From: Candidatus Omnitrophota bacterium
GTDB lineage: Bacteria; Omnitrophota; Gorgyraeia; Gygaellales; Profunditerraquicolaceae
NCBI GenBank assembly: GCA_041645145.1
Contig: JBAZQO010000002.1
Location: 1-57,171, forward strand
Length of the DNA: 57,171 nt
Direction: 5' to 3'
The notes beneath the pieces are model-generated. The model searched no databases. It was not told the origin of the DNA and was given only the letters and a program-made list of their open reading frames with translations. Below, piece after piece: positions 17,587 through 26,578 of this stretch. A program made the position numbers and the translations under genes. Within the stretch, counting starts at the first letter, position 1. Each line of letters begins with the position of its first letter.

Positions 17587-18564
17587 TTGAAAAAAGTGGG
17601 GATTATCGGGGTAGGCGAATACCTGCCGGAGAAAATACTTACCAATGCGGATATTGAGAAGATGGTGGATACTTCCGATGAGTGGATTATCAGTCGCACC
17701 GGTATAAAAGAACGGCATTTAGCAGCAGCAGGCCAGGCTGCTTCGGATCTGGCTTTTAAAGCCAGCGTTCAGGCTTTAAATAATGCTAAGATCAAGCCTG
17801 AGGAGCTGGATTTGATCATCGTGGCAACAATTACCGGGGATATGCCTTTTCCTTCAGTATCCGCGATCCTGCAAAATCAACTGCAGGCTAAGAAAGCCGT
17901 TTGTTTTGATATCTCCGCTGCCTGCGCAGGTTTTGTTTATGGGCTTTCCGTGGCGCAGCAGTTTATTTCCTGCGGCACTTACAAGAATGCCCTGGTTGTC
18001 GGCTCTGAAGTCCTTTCTTCCATCACTGACTGGCAGGACCGCAATACCTGTGTATTGTTTGGCGACGGCGCGGGGGCGGTTGTCCTCTCAGAGGTAAAAT
18101 CCGGCGGCATTATTTCTACTTACTTAGGATGCGACGGCTCCAAAACCGGAATATTGAATATGCCTGCCGGCGGCTCGCGTAACCCGGCAACGCATGAGAC
18201 CGTGGAAAAACGCATGCATTATCTTAAGATGCAGGGTAATGACCTATTTAAGATTGCAGTTAATACCATGACTGAGGCTGCCAAGACAGTTTTGCGACAG
18301 GCAGGCATGACCTTTGCAGATGTGGATTTGATTATTCCGCATCAGGCAAACGCGCGGATTATCATGGCTGTAGCGAAAAAATTAGGCATTCCGGAAGACC
18401 GGGTTTATCTTAATATAGAAAGATGCGGGAATATGTCTAGCGCTTCCACGGTTACCGCGCTTTGCGAAGCAGTTCAGGAGGGAAAGGTAAAAAAAGGGGA
18501 TATCATCCTTTTAGACGCATTCGGGGCAGGTTTAGTCTGGGGCGCCTGCGTTATAGAATGGTAG
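17587..18564 (+). CDS. fabH: 3-oxoacyl-ACP synthase III
   Basis: DTSDEWIISRTGIKER, DISAACAGF (active Cys), HQANARI and GNMSSAS. TTG start. Confidence 0.95.
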   Translation: MKKVGIIGVGEYLPEKILTNADIEKMVDTSDEWIISRTGIKERHLAAAGQAASDLAFKASVQALNNAKIKPEELDLIIVATITGDMPFPSVSAILQNQLQAKKAVCFDISAACAGFVYGLSVAQQFISCGTYKNALVVGSEVLSSITDWQDRNTCVLFGDGAGAVVLSEVKSGGIISTYLGCDGSKTGILNMPAGGSRNPATHETVEKRMHYLKMQGNDLFKIAVNTMTEAAKTVLRQAGMTFADVDLIIPHQANARIIMAVAKKLGIPEDRVYLNIERCGNMSSASTVTALCEAVQEGKVKKGDIILLDAFGAGLVWGACVIEW

Positions 18565-18577
18565 TTATGTATTGCTA

Positions 18578-18635
18578 GTAGGGACTGTCCCCGAAGGGGA
18601 CTGTCCCACGACAAGTTAAGTGTGAATTACTAGAT
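18578..18635 (+). repeat. Repeat family B, intergenic copy (fabH-fabD spacer), REP-like
   Basis: Sequence GTAGGGACTGTCCCCGAAGGGGACTGTCCCACGACAAGTTAAGTGTGAATTACTAGAT. It ends exactly at the fabD ATG (18636), and no SD lies between them. Confidence 0.9.
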
Positions 18636-19547
18636 ATGGAAAAAAAGCTTGCTTATCTTTTTGCCGGCCAGGGCAGCCAGTATGTTGGTATGGGCAGGGA
18701 TTTGTACGAATCTTTCCCGGAAAGCAAAGCGGTCTTTGATAAGGCGGATAAGATCCTGGGTTTTTCTCTTTCCGGGCTTATCTTTAGGGGCGAGCCGGAG
18801 ATGCTCAAGCTGACCATTAACTCTCAGCCGGCAATACTTACAGCCAGCATTGCCGCATTCGAAGCGTTTAAAGCAAGGACTGATGTTAAACCGGCGTTTA
18901 TGGCGGGTTTAAGCCTGGGTGAATATTCCGCGTTGATTGCATCCGGAAGTCTTACTTTTGAAGCCGGGATAAAGCTGGTAAGAAAGCGCGCGGAGATCAT
19001 GGATGAAGCAGCGCGCAGGTATCCCGGGAAAATGGCTGCTGTCCTTGATCTGCCTTTGGAAAAAGTAAAGGATGCTTGTTTAAAACGCGGGGCGGAGATA
19101 GCCAACCTTAATGCTCCCGGGCAAATCGTTATTTCCGGAAAAGCTGAAGCGGTAAATGCGACAAAAGAACTTTGTGAACAGGCAGGGGCAAAAAGGGTAG
19201 TTGAGCTTGATGTAAGCGGAGGGTTTCATTCTTCTCTTATGATTGAGGCTTCCGCGGAGCTGAAGCATTTTTTGGAGAATACCCCTTTTTCATCTCCTCT
19301 TATACCTGTAGTAAGTAATTACACGGCAAGCCCTCAATATAGGTTACACCAGGTTCTTGAAAACCTGGTTTACCAGATGTATTCTCCTGTTAAATGGGAG
19401 GATTCGATGAGATTTATGCTGGCGCAGGGAATAACAAAATTCTTTGAATTCGGGCCAGGCAAGGTATTGAAAGGGCTGATGCGGCGCATAGATAGCAATG
19501 CGCAAGTCGTTAATATAGAAAAAAAAGAAGATATCTTGAGGAGGTAG
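18636..19547 (+). CDS. fabD: Malonyl CoA-ACP transacylase
   Basis: FAGQGSQYVGMG and GLSLGEYSAL (active Ser). Position within the fab cluster. Confidence 0.95.
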   Translation: MEKKLAYLFAGQGSQYVGMGRDLYESFPESKAVFDKADKILGFSLSGLIFRGEPEMLKLTINSQPAILTASIAAFEAFKARTDVKPAFMAGLSLGEYSALIASGSLTFEAGIKLVRKRAEIMDEAARRYPGKMAAVLDLPLEKVKDACLKRGAEIANLNAPGQIVISGKAEAVNATKELCEQAGAKRVVELDVSGGFHSSLMIEASAELKHFLENTPFSSPLIPVVSNYTASPQYRLHQVLENLVYQMYSPVKWEDSMRFMLAQGITKFFEFGPGKVLKGLMRRIDSNAQVVNIEKKEDILRR

Positions 19548-19548
19548 T

Positions 19549-20292
19549 ATGCGTTTAAAGGATAAAGTCGCGTTAATAACCGGTGGCGCCAGGGGCATAG
19601 GCCGGGCGATTGCCTTGACTTTTGCCAAAGAGGGCGCGGATATCGTTGTAGCCGATGTTAACCTTGAAATAGCCCAGAAAACCGCTATGGAAATCGAGGT
19701 TTTAGGCCGGAAGGCGCTGGCCTTAGAGATGGATGTAACTAACTACGAAAAGGTAGAAGAAGGCATAAACAAAATTCTTGACAAAATGGGAAAGGTTGAT
19801 ATATTAGTTAACAACGCTGGGATTACCAAGGACAATCTTTTGCTTAGAATGTCCCAGGCAGATTGGGATGCGGTGATTAATGTCAACCTGAAAGGCACAT
19901 TTAACTGCATCAAGGCCGTATGCAGGCCGATGATTAAGCAGAGAAGCGGCAGGATTATCAGTATCGCCTCTATTATCGGCTTAATGGGTAATCCGGGCCA
20001 GGCAAACTACGCTGCTTCAAAAGCCGGGATAATCGCTCTTACAAAAACAGTAGCTAAAGAATTAGCCAGCCGCAATATTAACGCAAATGCTGTGGCTCCG
20101 GGATTTATTCAGACAGAGATGACCGCTGGGCTTGCCGAGGATATAAAAAAGAAGATGTTGGAGGCAATCCCTTTAGCTAAATTAGGAACGCCTGGCGATG
20201 TAGCTAATCTTTGCCTGTTTTTGGCATCTGATGAGTCAAGTTATATAACCGGGCAGACGATCACCATAGACGGCGGTATGGTTATGGCGTAA
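19549..20292 (+). CDS. fabG: 3-oxoacyl-ACP reductase
   Basis: SDR motifs TGGARGIGRAIA, NNAG and YAASKAG. Position within the fab cluster. Confidence 0.95.
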   Translation: MRLKDKVALITGGARGIGRAIALTFAKEGADIVVADVNLEIAQKTAMEIEVLGRKALALEMDVTNYEKVEEGINKILDKMGKVDILVNNAGITKDNLLLRMSQADWDAVINVNLKGTFNCIKAVCRPMIKQRSGRIISIASIIGLMGNPGQANYAASKAGIIALTKTVAKELASRNINANAVAPGFIQTEMTAGLAEDIKKKMLEAIPLAKLGTPGDVANLCLFLASDESSYITGQTITIDGGMVMA

Positions 20293-20298
20293 AGTATG

Positions 20299-20330
20299 AC
20301 ACCCCGCGCTAATCTGATTTGCGCGGGTGT
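20299..20330 (+). promoter_or_regulatory. Hairpin between fabG and acpP (possible attenuator or processing site)
   Basis: ACACCCCGCGC / GCGCGGGTGT stem with one bulged C and an 11-nt loop, followed by GTGTTTCT, then the AAGGAGG RBS of acpP. Confidence 0.4.
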
Positions 20331-20357
20331 GTGTTTCTACACAAGGAGGAAAAAAGA

Positions 20358-20594
20358 ATGGCAGCGCAAGAGAAAGTCAAGTCAATCATAGCAGAACAAT
20401 TAGGCGTAAAACCCGAAGAGGTTACTCCCGAGGCATCATTTGTCGATGATCTAGGCGCGGATTCCCTTGATACCGTAGAATTAGTTATGGCATTAGAAGA
20501 AGAGTTCGGCATTGAGATTCCCGATGAGGACGCTGAAAAAATCACTACTGTCGGAGATGCCATCAAGTATATTGAAGAAAAAAGCGCCAAATAA
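20358..20594 (+). CDS. acpP: Acyl carrier protein
   Basis: [26 protein letters not shown] contains the phosphopantetheine-attachment Ser. ATG 20358 follows AAGGAGG. The ORF-track start at 20319 is an extension. Confidence 0.97.
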   Translation: MAAQEKVKSIIAEQLGVKPEEVTPEASFVDDLGADSLDTVELVMALEEEFGIEIPDEDAEKITTVGDAIKYIEEKSAK

Positions 20595-20620
20595 TAATTT
20601 AGATAGCAGTAAATAAATAA

Positions 20621-20657
20621 TTTACCCCGCATTTTTAGCTTGGCGGGGTAAATTTTG
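20621..20657 (+). terminator. Rho-independent terminator after acpP
   Basis: TTTACCCCGC (20621-20630) pairs with GCGGGGTAAA (20644-20653), followed by TTTT. Confidence 0.75.
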
Positions 20658-20674
20658 AGTTACGTGCTCATTTA

Positions 20675-21916
20675 ATGAAAAAAAGAGTAGTAATCACAGG
20701 TCTAGGGGTAATTTCACCGGTTGGCAATGATATTGCCAGTTTTTGGCAATCTTTAAAGGAAGGTAAAAGCGGGGTCGGCGCGATCACCAGCTTTGATGCC
20801 GCTGATTTTGACTCCCGCATTGCGGCAGAAGTAAAGAATTTTGATCCCACCCATTACGGAATCTCCCTCAAGGATATTAAAAGGACGGCAAAATTTGTGC
20901 AGTTTGCTATAGCTGCCGCTAAGCAGGCGTTAGATTCTTCCGGTTTAGATTTGAATAAGGAGGATAGAAGCCGCCTGGGAGTAGTGATTGGTTCAGGTAT
21001 CGGCAGCCTGCATACTATTGAAGAAGAGTATAAGGTTTTTCTTAGTAAAGGCCCGTCCAGGCTATCGCCATTTCTTATCCCCATGCTTATCGTGAATGAG
21101 GCCAGTGGATTGGTCGCTATCATCCATGGGTTAAAGGGGCCGAATTCCTGCGTGGCCACTGCTTGCGCGTCGGGTTCGCATGCTATAGGGGATGCGTACC
21201 GGATGATTCTTTATGGTGATGCGGATGTTATACTTACAGGAGGTACGGAAAGTTGTATTGTGGCTACTGCTGTCGGCGGGTTCTGCGCATTAAAGGCGCT
21301 TTCTACCAGGAATAATGATCCGCAGAAGGCCAGCCGGCCCTTTGACCGCGACCGCGATGGTTTTGTGATGGCTGAAGGCTGTGGTTTAGTGGTTTTGGAG
21401 AGCTTGGAGCATGCCCAAAAAAGGAACGCGAATATTATCGCTGAGATTGTCGGTTTTGGCATGAGCTGCGATGCGTATCATATAACTGCCCCGGATCCTG
21501 ATGGGGCGGGCGCGGCGCAGGCAATGACTACGGCCTTGAAAGACGCGCAGATGAAGCCCGAGGAGATAAATTATATCAACGCGCACGGTACCTCTACCAA
21601 GCTTAATGATAAGATCGAGACTTTATCCATGAAAAAGGCATTCGGCCAGTATGCCAAGAAAGTCATGGTTTCTTCTACTAAATCCATGACCGGGCATCTT
21701 TTGGGCGCAGCCGGTGGAGTGGAGTTTGTAGTTTGCTGCCTGGCGATTAAAGACGGGGTAATTCCTCCTACTATCAATTACGAACATCCGGATCCGGAGT
21801 GTGACCTGGATTATGTGCCTAATACGGCGCGTAAAACGGATGTAACTGTCTGCATGTCTAACTCTTTAGGCTTCGGCGGACATAATGCCTCCCTTATCGT
21901 AAAGAAGTTTGAATAA
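20675..21916 (+). CDS. fabF: 3-oxoacyl-ACP synthase II
   Basis: RVVITGLG, ACASGSHAIG (active Cys), HGTSTKLND and GFGGHN. Confidence 0.96.
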   Translation: MKKRVVITGLGVISPVGNDIASFWQSLKEGKSGVGAITSFDAADFDSRIAAEVKNFDPTHYGISLKDIKRTAKFVQFAIAAAKQALDSSGLDLNKEDRSRLGVVIGSGIGSLHTIEEEYKVFLSKGPSRLSPFLIPMLIVNEASGLVAIIHGLKGPNSCVATACASGSHAIGDAYRMILYGDADVILTGGTESCIVATAVGGFCALKALSTRNNDPQKASRPFDRDRDGFVMAEGCGLVVLESLEHAQKRNANIIAEIVGFGMSCDAYHITAPDPDGAGAAQAMTTALKDAQMKPEEINYINAHGTSTKLNDKIETLSMKKAFGQYAKKVMVSSTKSMTGHLLGAAGGVEFVVCCLAIKDGVIPPTINYEHPDPECDLDYVPNTARKTDVTVCMSNSLGFGGHNASLIVKKFE

Positions 21917-21931
21917 GTTCTTAAATTAATT

Positions 21932-23188
21932 ATGGGTTATACAATCGCAGAAAAGATCTTGTTGGCGCATTGCGGCCGGAAGACAATCAAACCGGGTGAG
22001 TTTATCCAGGCCAATGTTGACGTTGCTCTGGCTAACGACATTACCGCGCCTTTAGCCATCTCAGAGTTTAAGAAATCCGGGTTTAAACAGGTATTCAATA
22101 AAAATAAGATTGTTTTAGTCCCGGATCATTTTGCCCCGGCCAAGGATTTAAAAAGCGCCAATCAGTGCAAAATCTTAGCGGATTTTGCCAAAGAACAGGG
22201 GATTAAAAATTATTTTGAGGTTGGGCGCATGGGTATTGAACACGTGCTCCTGCCGGAGCAAGGCATCGTTTTGCCCGGTGACATGGTTATTGGCGCGGAT
22301 TCGCACACCTGCACTTACGGGGCGCTGGGTGCTTATGCCACCGGCATGGGCTCGACGGATTTAGCCCGCGCGTACGTTGACGGTAAATGCTGGCTAAAGG
22401 TACCGGCAAGCCACAAGTTCATATATAAAGGCAAGCTCAATCATTGGGTAGGCGGCAAAGATTTAATCCTTCATACCATCGGCTCAATCGGCGTTGATGG
22501 CGCATTGTATAAGGTGATGGAATTTTGCGGTCCGGTAATCAGGAAATTAGGCATGGATGACAGATTTTCCATGTGCAACATGGCTATTGAAGCCGGGGCA
22601 AGGGCAGGGTTGATTGAGCCGGACGCAATTACCAGGAAGTTTGTCGCGGGTTTTAAACGTAAGCCGAAATTTTATCATTCGGATCCCGATGCTGTTTATG
22701 AAAAGATATATGAATGGGATGTTACGGAATTAGAGCCGCTCGTTGCCTGTCCGCATTTGCCCAGCAATGTCAAGCCGGCCAGCTCCTTAAAAAATATAAA
22801 AGTCGATCAGGTGGTTATCGGCTCATGCACTAACGGCCGGATTTCAGATCTGCGCATTGCCGCTAAAATACTTAAAGGAAAAAAGGCGGCAGGCGGGGTA
22901 AAATTAATAGTTTTTCCGGCTACTCAAAAGATTTATCTGGAGGCCGTAAAAGAGGGATTAGCGGAAATTTTTGTCAAGGCAGGCGGGGTATTCTCTACGC
23001 CTACCTGCGGCCCGTGTTTAGGCGGGCATATGGGTATTTTAACTGAAGGAGAGGTAGCTATTGCTACGACCAACAGGAATTTCCTGGGAAGAATGGGAAG
23101 TCCTAAATCTTTTGTTTATCTTTCCGGACCCGCGGTGGCTGCAACAAGTGCCATAACCGGAAGAATTACGCATCCGGATAGAATATAA
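21932..23188 (+). CDS. leuC: 3-isopropylmalate dehydratase large subunit (aconitase-family, short type)
   Basis: A 418-aa protein with GADSHTCTYGA, GSCTNGR and CGPCLG Fe-S ligand motifs. It is followed by the small subunit and leuB. Confidence 0.88.
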   Translation: MGYTIAEKILLAHCGRKTIKPGEFIQANVDVALANDITAPLAISEFKKSGFKQVFNKNKIVLVPDHFAPAKDLKSANQCKILADFAKEQGIKNYFEVGRMGIEHVLLPEQGIVLPGDMVIGADSHTCTYGALGAYATGMGSTDLARAYVDGKCWLKVPASHKFIYKGKLNHWVGGKDLILHTIGSIGVDGALYKVMEFCGPVIRKLGMDDRFSMCNMAIEAGARAGLIEPDAITRKFVAGFKRKPKFYHSDPDAVYEKIYEWDVTELEPLVACPHLPSNVKPASSLKNIKVDQVVIGSCTNGRISDLRIAAKILKGKKAAGGVKLIVFPATQKIYLEAVKEGLAEIFVKAGGVFSTPTCGPCLGGHMGILTEGEVAIATTNRNFLGRMGSPKSFVYLSGPAVAATSAITGRITHPDRI

Positions 23189-23216
23189 GTGAGAAACGTC
23201 CGTATAGGAGAATTAA

Positions 23217-23726
23217 ATGATTATCAAGGGTAAGGCGCATAAGTTTGGCGATGATATAAATACAGACGATATTATCGCGGCTAAATATCTGGTTTCCACC
23301 GATGCTAAAGAACTGGGTAAACATTGTATGGAGACGATTGAGCCTAAGTTTTCCCAGGCAGTCAGCCCCGGGGATATAATCGTGGCTGGCAATAATTTCG
23401 GCTGTGGCTCAAGCCGCGAGCATGCGCCTTTGGCGATCAAAGGCTGCGGGGTCTCCGCGGTACTTGCCAAAAGTTTTGCCGCCATATTCTTCAGGAACGC
23501 CATCAACATCGGCTTGCCGTTTTTAGAGTCCCCAGATGTGCATAAGATCAACGCCGGGGATATTATTGAAATTGACCTGACTAGTGGTATAATTAAGAAT
23601 ATTACGCAGAATCAAGATTATAAAACACAAGCCTTCCCGGAATTTTTGCAGGATATCGTAGAGGAAGGCGGATTGATGAATTATATCAAAAAGAGGGCGG
23701 GAGAATCATGCATAAGATCGCGGTAA
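23217..23726 (+). CDS. leuD: 3-isopropylmalate dehydratase small subunit
   Basis: A 169-aa swivel domain with DINTDDIIAAKYL and NFGCGSSREHAP. Confidence 0.88.
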   Translation: MIIKGKAHKFGDDINTDDIIAAKYLVSTDAKELGKHCMETIEPKFSQAVSPGDIIVAGNNFGCGSSREHAPLAIKGCGVSAVLAKSFAAIFFRNAINIGLPFLESPDVHKINAGDIIEIDLTSGIIKNITQNQDYKTQAFPEFLQDIVEEGGLMNYIKKRAGESCIRSR

Positions 23727-24760
23727 TACCCGGTGACGGGACAGGGCCGGAGGTAGTTAATCAGGGCCTAAAGGTCCTGCAGGCAGCAGGCAAAAAATTC
23801 GGTTTTAAGTACCAGACAAAAGTTCTTGATTTTGGGGGAGAGCGTTATCTTAAGACAGGCAAAACATTGGAGGATAGCGATATAGCGCTGCTTAAGGAAT
23901 ATTCCGCTATTTTTCTCGGCGCAATCGGCCATCCGGATGTTTTGCCCGGTATCCTTGAGACCGGGATTCTTTTAAAATTAAGGTTTTCGCTCGATCAGTA
24001 TATAAATCTGCGCCCGGTCAAGCTTTACAACGCGGCTTTTTGCCCTCTGAAAGATAAGAAGCCTGAAGATATTGATTTTGTAGTGGTGCGCGAGAATTCC
24101 GAAGGCCTTTATAAAGGTATGGGGGAGTTCCGGAATAAAGGAAGCAAAGATGAGGTAGCTACTCAAATATCCTATAATACCCGTCATGGGGTGGAGCGCT
24201 GCATACGTTATGCATTTGAGTATACGCGTAAGCGCAATAAAAGAAAAAAGCTTACCCTTTGCGGTAAAACCAATGTTTTGACCTACGCCTGGGATCTTTG
24301 GCAAAGGGTATTTAATGAAGTTGCCACAGAGTATCCGGATATAGCTACTGACTACGCGCACGTGGATGCGACGACTATGTGGTTTGTGAAGAACCCGGAA
24401 TGGTTTGACGTGATCGTTACGGACAATATGTTCGGTGATATCATAACGGATCTGGGGGCGATGATCCAGGGCGGCATGGGGATTGCCGCAGGTGGGAATA
24501 TTAATCCGCAAGGCGTGTCAATGTTTGAACCCATTGGCGGTTCAGCTCCTAAGTATACGGGCAAGAATGTCATTAATCCTTTAGCGGCGATTTGCGCGGT
24601 AGGAATGATGTTGGAGCATTTAGGCGAACTCCAGGCGGGTAAGGCCATTGAAAATGCGGTAATCGGCCTGGTGAACAAAGATTTGAAATCCCTGGCTGCC
24701 GGAAAGATGGGTTATTCGACTACGGAAGTCGGTGATCTAGTGGTTAAAAATTTACCATAG
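23708..24760 (+). CDS. leuB: 3-isopropylmalate dehydrogenase (isocitrate/isopropylmalate dehydrogenase family)
   Basis: IAVIPGDGTGPEV, VRENSEGLY, NMFGDIITDL and EPIGGSAPKY. The context after leuCD supports leuB, but tartrate or homoisocitrate dehydrogenase specificity cannot be excluded by eye. Confidence 0.85.
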   Translation: MHKIAVIPGDGTGPEVVNQGLKVLQAAGKKFGFKYQTKVLDFGGERYLKTGKTLEDSDIALLKEYSAIFLGAIGHPDVLPGILETGILLKLRFSLDQYINLRPVKLYNAAFCPLKDKKPEDIDFVVVRENSEGLYKGMGEFRNKGSKDEVATQISYNTRHGVERCIRYAFEYTRKRNKRKKLTLCGKTNVLTYAWDLWQRVFNEVATEYPDIATDYAHVDATTMWFVKNPEWFDVIVTDNMFGDIITDLGAMIQGGMGIAAGGNINPQGVSMFEPIGGSAPKYTGKNVINPLAAICAVGMMLEHLGELQAGKAIENAVIGLVNKDLKSLAAGKMGYSTTEVGDLVVKNLP

Positions 24761-24770
24761 GGAGTGCTGG

Positions 24771-25838
24771 ATGAAAAAATATAATGTGGCGGTAGTCGGC
24801 GCAGGAGTAGTGGGCATTGAGATGCTGCGTGTATTAAAACAGCGCAATTTTCCAGTCGGCCAATTGAAAGTCTTTGCCCGTTCGGCGCGGGAAATAGAAG
24901 TAGATGGCCGGAAATATCAAGTGCAGGAGATTTCTCCTGATGGTTTTAATGGTATAGATATTGCTCTATTTGCGGGGACTGAAGGGGAAAAAGGCGCGGC
25001 AGTCACTTACGCCCGGGAAGCGATTAAGAGAGGCGCGGTGGTGATTGATAACGGCGCGGATTTCCGTATGGATCCCTCGGTGCCCCTGGTTGTTCCGGAA
25101 GTCAATGCCGCCGATGTTAAAAAACATAAAGGGATCATCGCCAATCCTAACTGCTCTACAATCCAGATGGTCGTCGCGCTCAATCCAATTCACAGGAAGG
25201 CAGGCATAAAGAGAATCATTGTCACTACTTTGCAGGCCTCCAGCGGCGCGGGGAAAAGCGCGGTAGAGCAATTAAAAGAAGAGGTTAATTTGGTTGTCCA
25301 GGGCGGATTTAACAGTGTGCACGTCAATGCGGCGAATAAGTCTATGCCGCAGCAGCTGGCTTACAATTGTTTTCCGCATATCGGAAGTTTTGTGGAAGGG
25401 GACTACTGCGCAGGAGCGCGTACCGGCTCTTCCGCTGTGGCCGGGTACACCAATGAAGAGTGGAAACTGGTAAATGAAACCCGCAAGATAATGCATGCGC
25501 CGAAAATCAAGATCTCCGCAACCACTGTACGCGTGCCGGTCAGAACCGGCCACTCCGAATCCGTTTATATCCAGACAGCTAAGCCTCTAACTGCCCAGGC
25601 TGCCAGGAAACTTTTAGCCAATGCCCCGGGAATCGTGCTTATTGACGAGCCCAAGAATAACCTGTATCCCATGCCTAAAGATGCGGAGGGAAGGGATGAT
25701 GTTTTTGTCGGAAGGGTTCGCCAGGATGCCTTTGATAAAAAAGGACTGTGGCTGTGGGTAGTGGCGGATAACCTGCGTAAAGGCGCTGCCACCAACGCCG
25801 TGCAAATTGCCGAATGCTTAATCTCAAGCTCGAAATAG
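24771..25838 (+). CDS. asd: Aspartate-semialdehyde dehydrogenase
   Basis: VAVVGAGVVG, NPNCSTIQM (active Cys), SGAG and RVPV..GHS. Confidence 0.92.
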   Translation: MKKYNVAVVGAGVVGIEMLRVLKQRNFPVGQLKVFARSAREIEVDGRKYQVQEISPDGFNGIDIALFAGTEGEKGAAVTYAREAIKRGAVVIDNGADFRMDPSVPLVVPEVNAADVKKHKGIIANPNCSTIQMVVALNPIHRKAGIKRIIVTTLQASSGAGKSAVEQLKEEVNLVVQGGFNSVHVNAANKSMPQQLAYNCFPHIGSFVEGDYCAGARTGSSAVAGYTNEEWKLVNETRKIMHAPKIKISATTVRVPVRTGHSESVYIQTAKPLTAQAARKLLANAPGIVLIDEPKNNLYPMPKDAEGRDDVFVGRVRQDAFDKKGLWLWVVADNLRKGAATNAVQIAECLISSSK

Positions 25839-26575
25839 AGTATGACGGCACTCACTATTACGGCTGGCAGGTGCAAAACGGCATAAAGGCCAAGGCAAAT
25901 TACCACGCCGCAAGGACTATCCAGAACATTCTGGAACAAACCTTAAAGAAGATACTCCAGGAAGATATTAAGCTGATTGTGGCCGGGCGCACGGATTCCG
26001 GGGCGCACGCCCTTTCCCAAGTTGCTAATTTCAAGACTAACTCTAAAATACAGCCGGGGAGATTGCGCTGGGGGCTGAATTGCCTGCTGCCGGCGGATAT
26101 CAAGGTATCCCGGATCCAAAAGGTCCCTTTGGGTTTTAACAGCCGCTTCTGGGCAAAATCCAAGATTTACCGCTATACGATCTTAAACCGTAAATATTCT
26201 TCCGCGCTCTTAGCTAACCGGGTCCACTTCTCCCATTATCCGCTGGATGTAGGATTAATGCGCAGGGAGGCCAAAGCCCTGTTAGGCAGGCATAATTTCA
26301 AATCTTTTCAGGCAGCTGACGCAAGAGATGCCAACCCGGTACGCACTATCAAGCGTATTAAGATATCCAGGGATAAGGGCTTACTGCATATTGATATTGA
26401 AGCAGACAGTTTTTTGTATAACATGGTGAGAAATATTGCCGGTACCCTGTTAGAGATCGGCAGGGGAAGATTCCCTAAAGGCAGCATGCTAAAGATCTTG
26501 GAATCGCGCAACCGCAAGGCAGCCGGCCCTACCCTTCCGGCAAAGGGATTATGTTTATTAAAGGTAAAGTATTAA
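25814..26575 (+). CDS. truA: tRNA pseudouridine(38-40) synthase TruA
   Basis: LKLEIEYDGTHYYGWQVQ, AGRTDSGAHA (catalytic Asp) and FLYNMVRNIAG. Confidence 0.92.
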   Translation: MLNLKLEIEYDGTHYYGWQVQNGIKAKANYHAARTIQNILEQTLKKILQEDIKLIVAGRTDSGAHALSQVANFKTNSKIQPGRLRWGLNCLLPADIKVSRIQKVPLGFNSRFWAKSKIYRYTILNRKYSSALLANRVHFSHYPLDVGLMRREAKALLGRHNFKSFQAADARDANPVRTIKRIKISRDKGLLHIDIEADSFLYNMVRNIAGTLLEIGRGRFPKGSMLKILESRNRKAAGPTLPAKGLCLLKVKY

Positions 26576-26578
26576 TTT

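Noticed and set aside
24972-24990. GGGGACTGAAGGGGA inside asd resembles a family B core with an internal deletion.
   Set aside because: Only 15 nt are similar, with no palindrome remaining. It encodes an ordinary Gly/Glu-rich loop, so chance similarity cannot be excluded.
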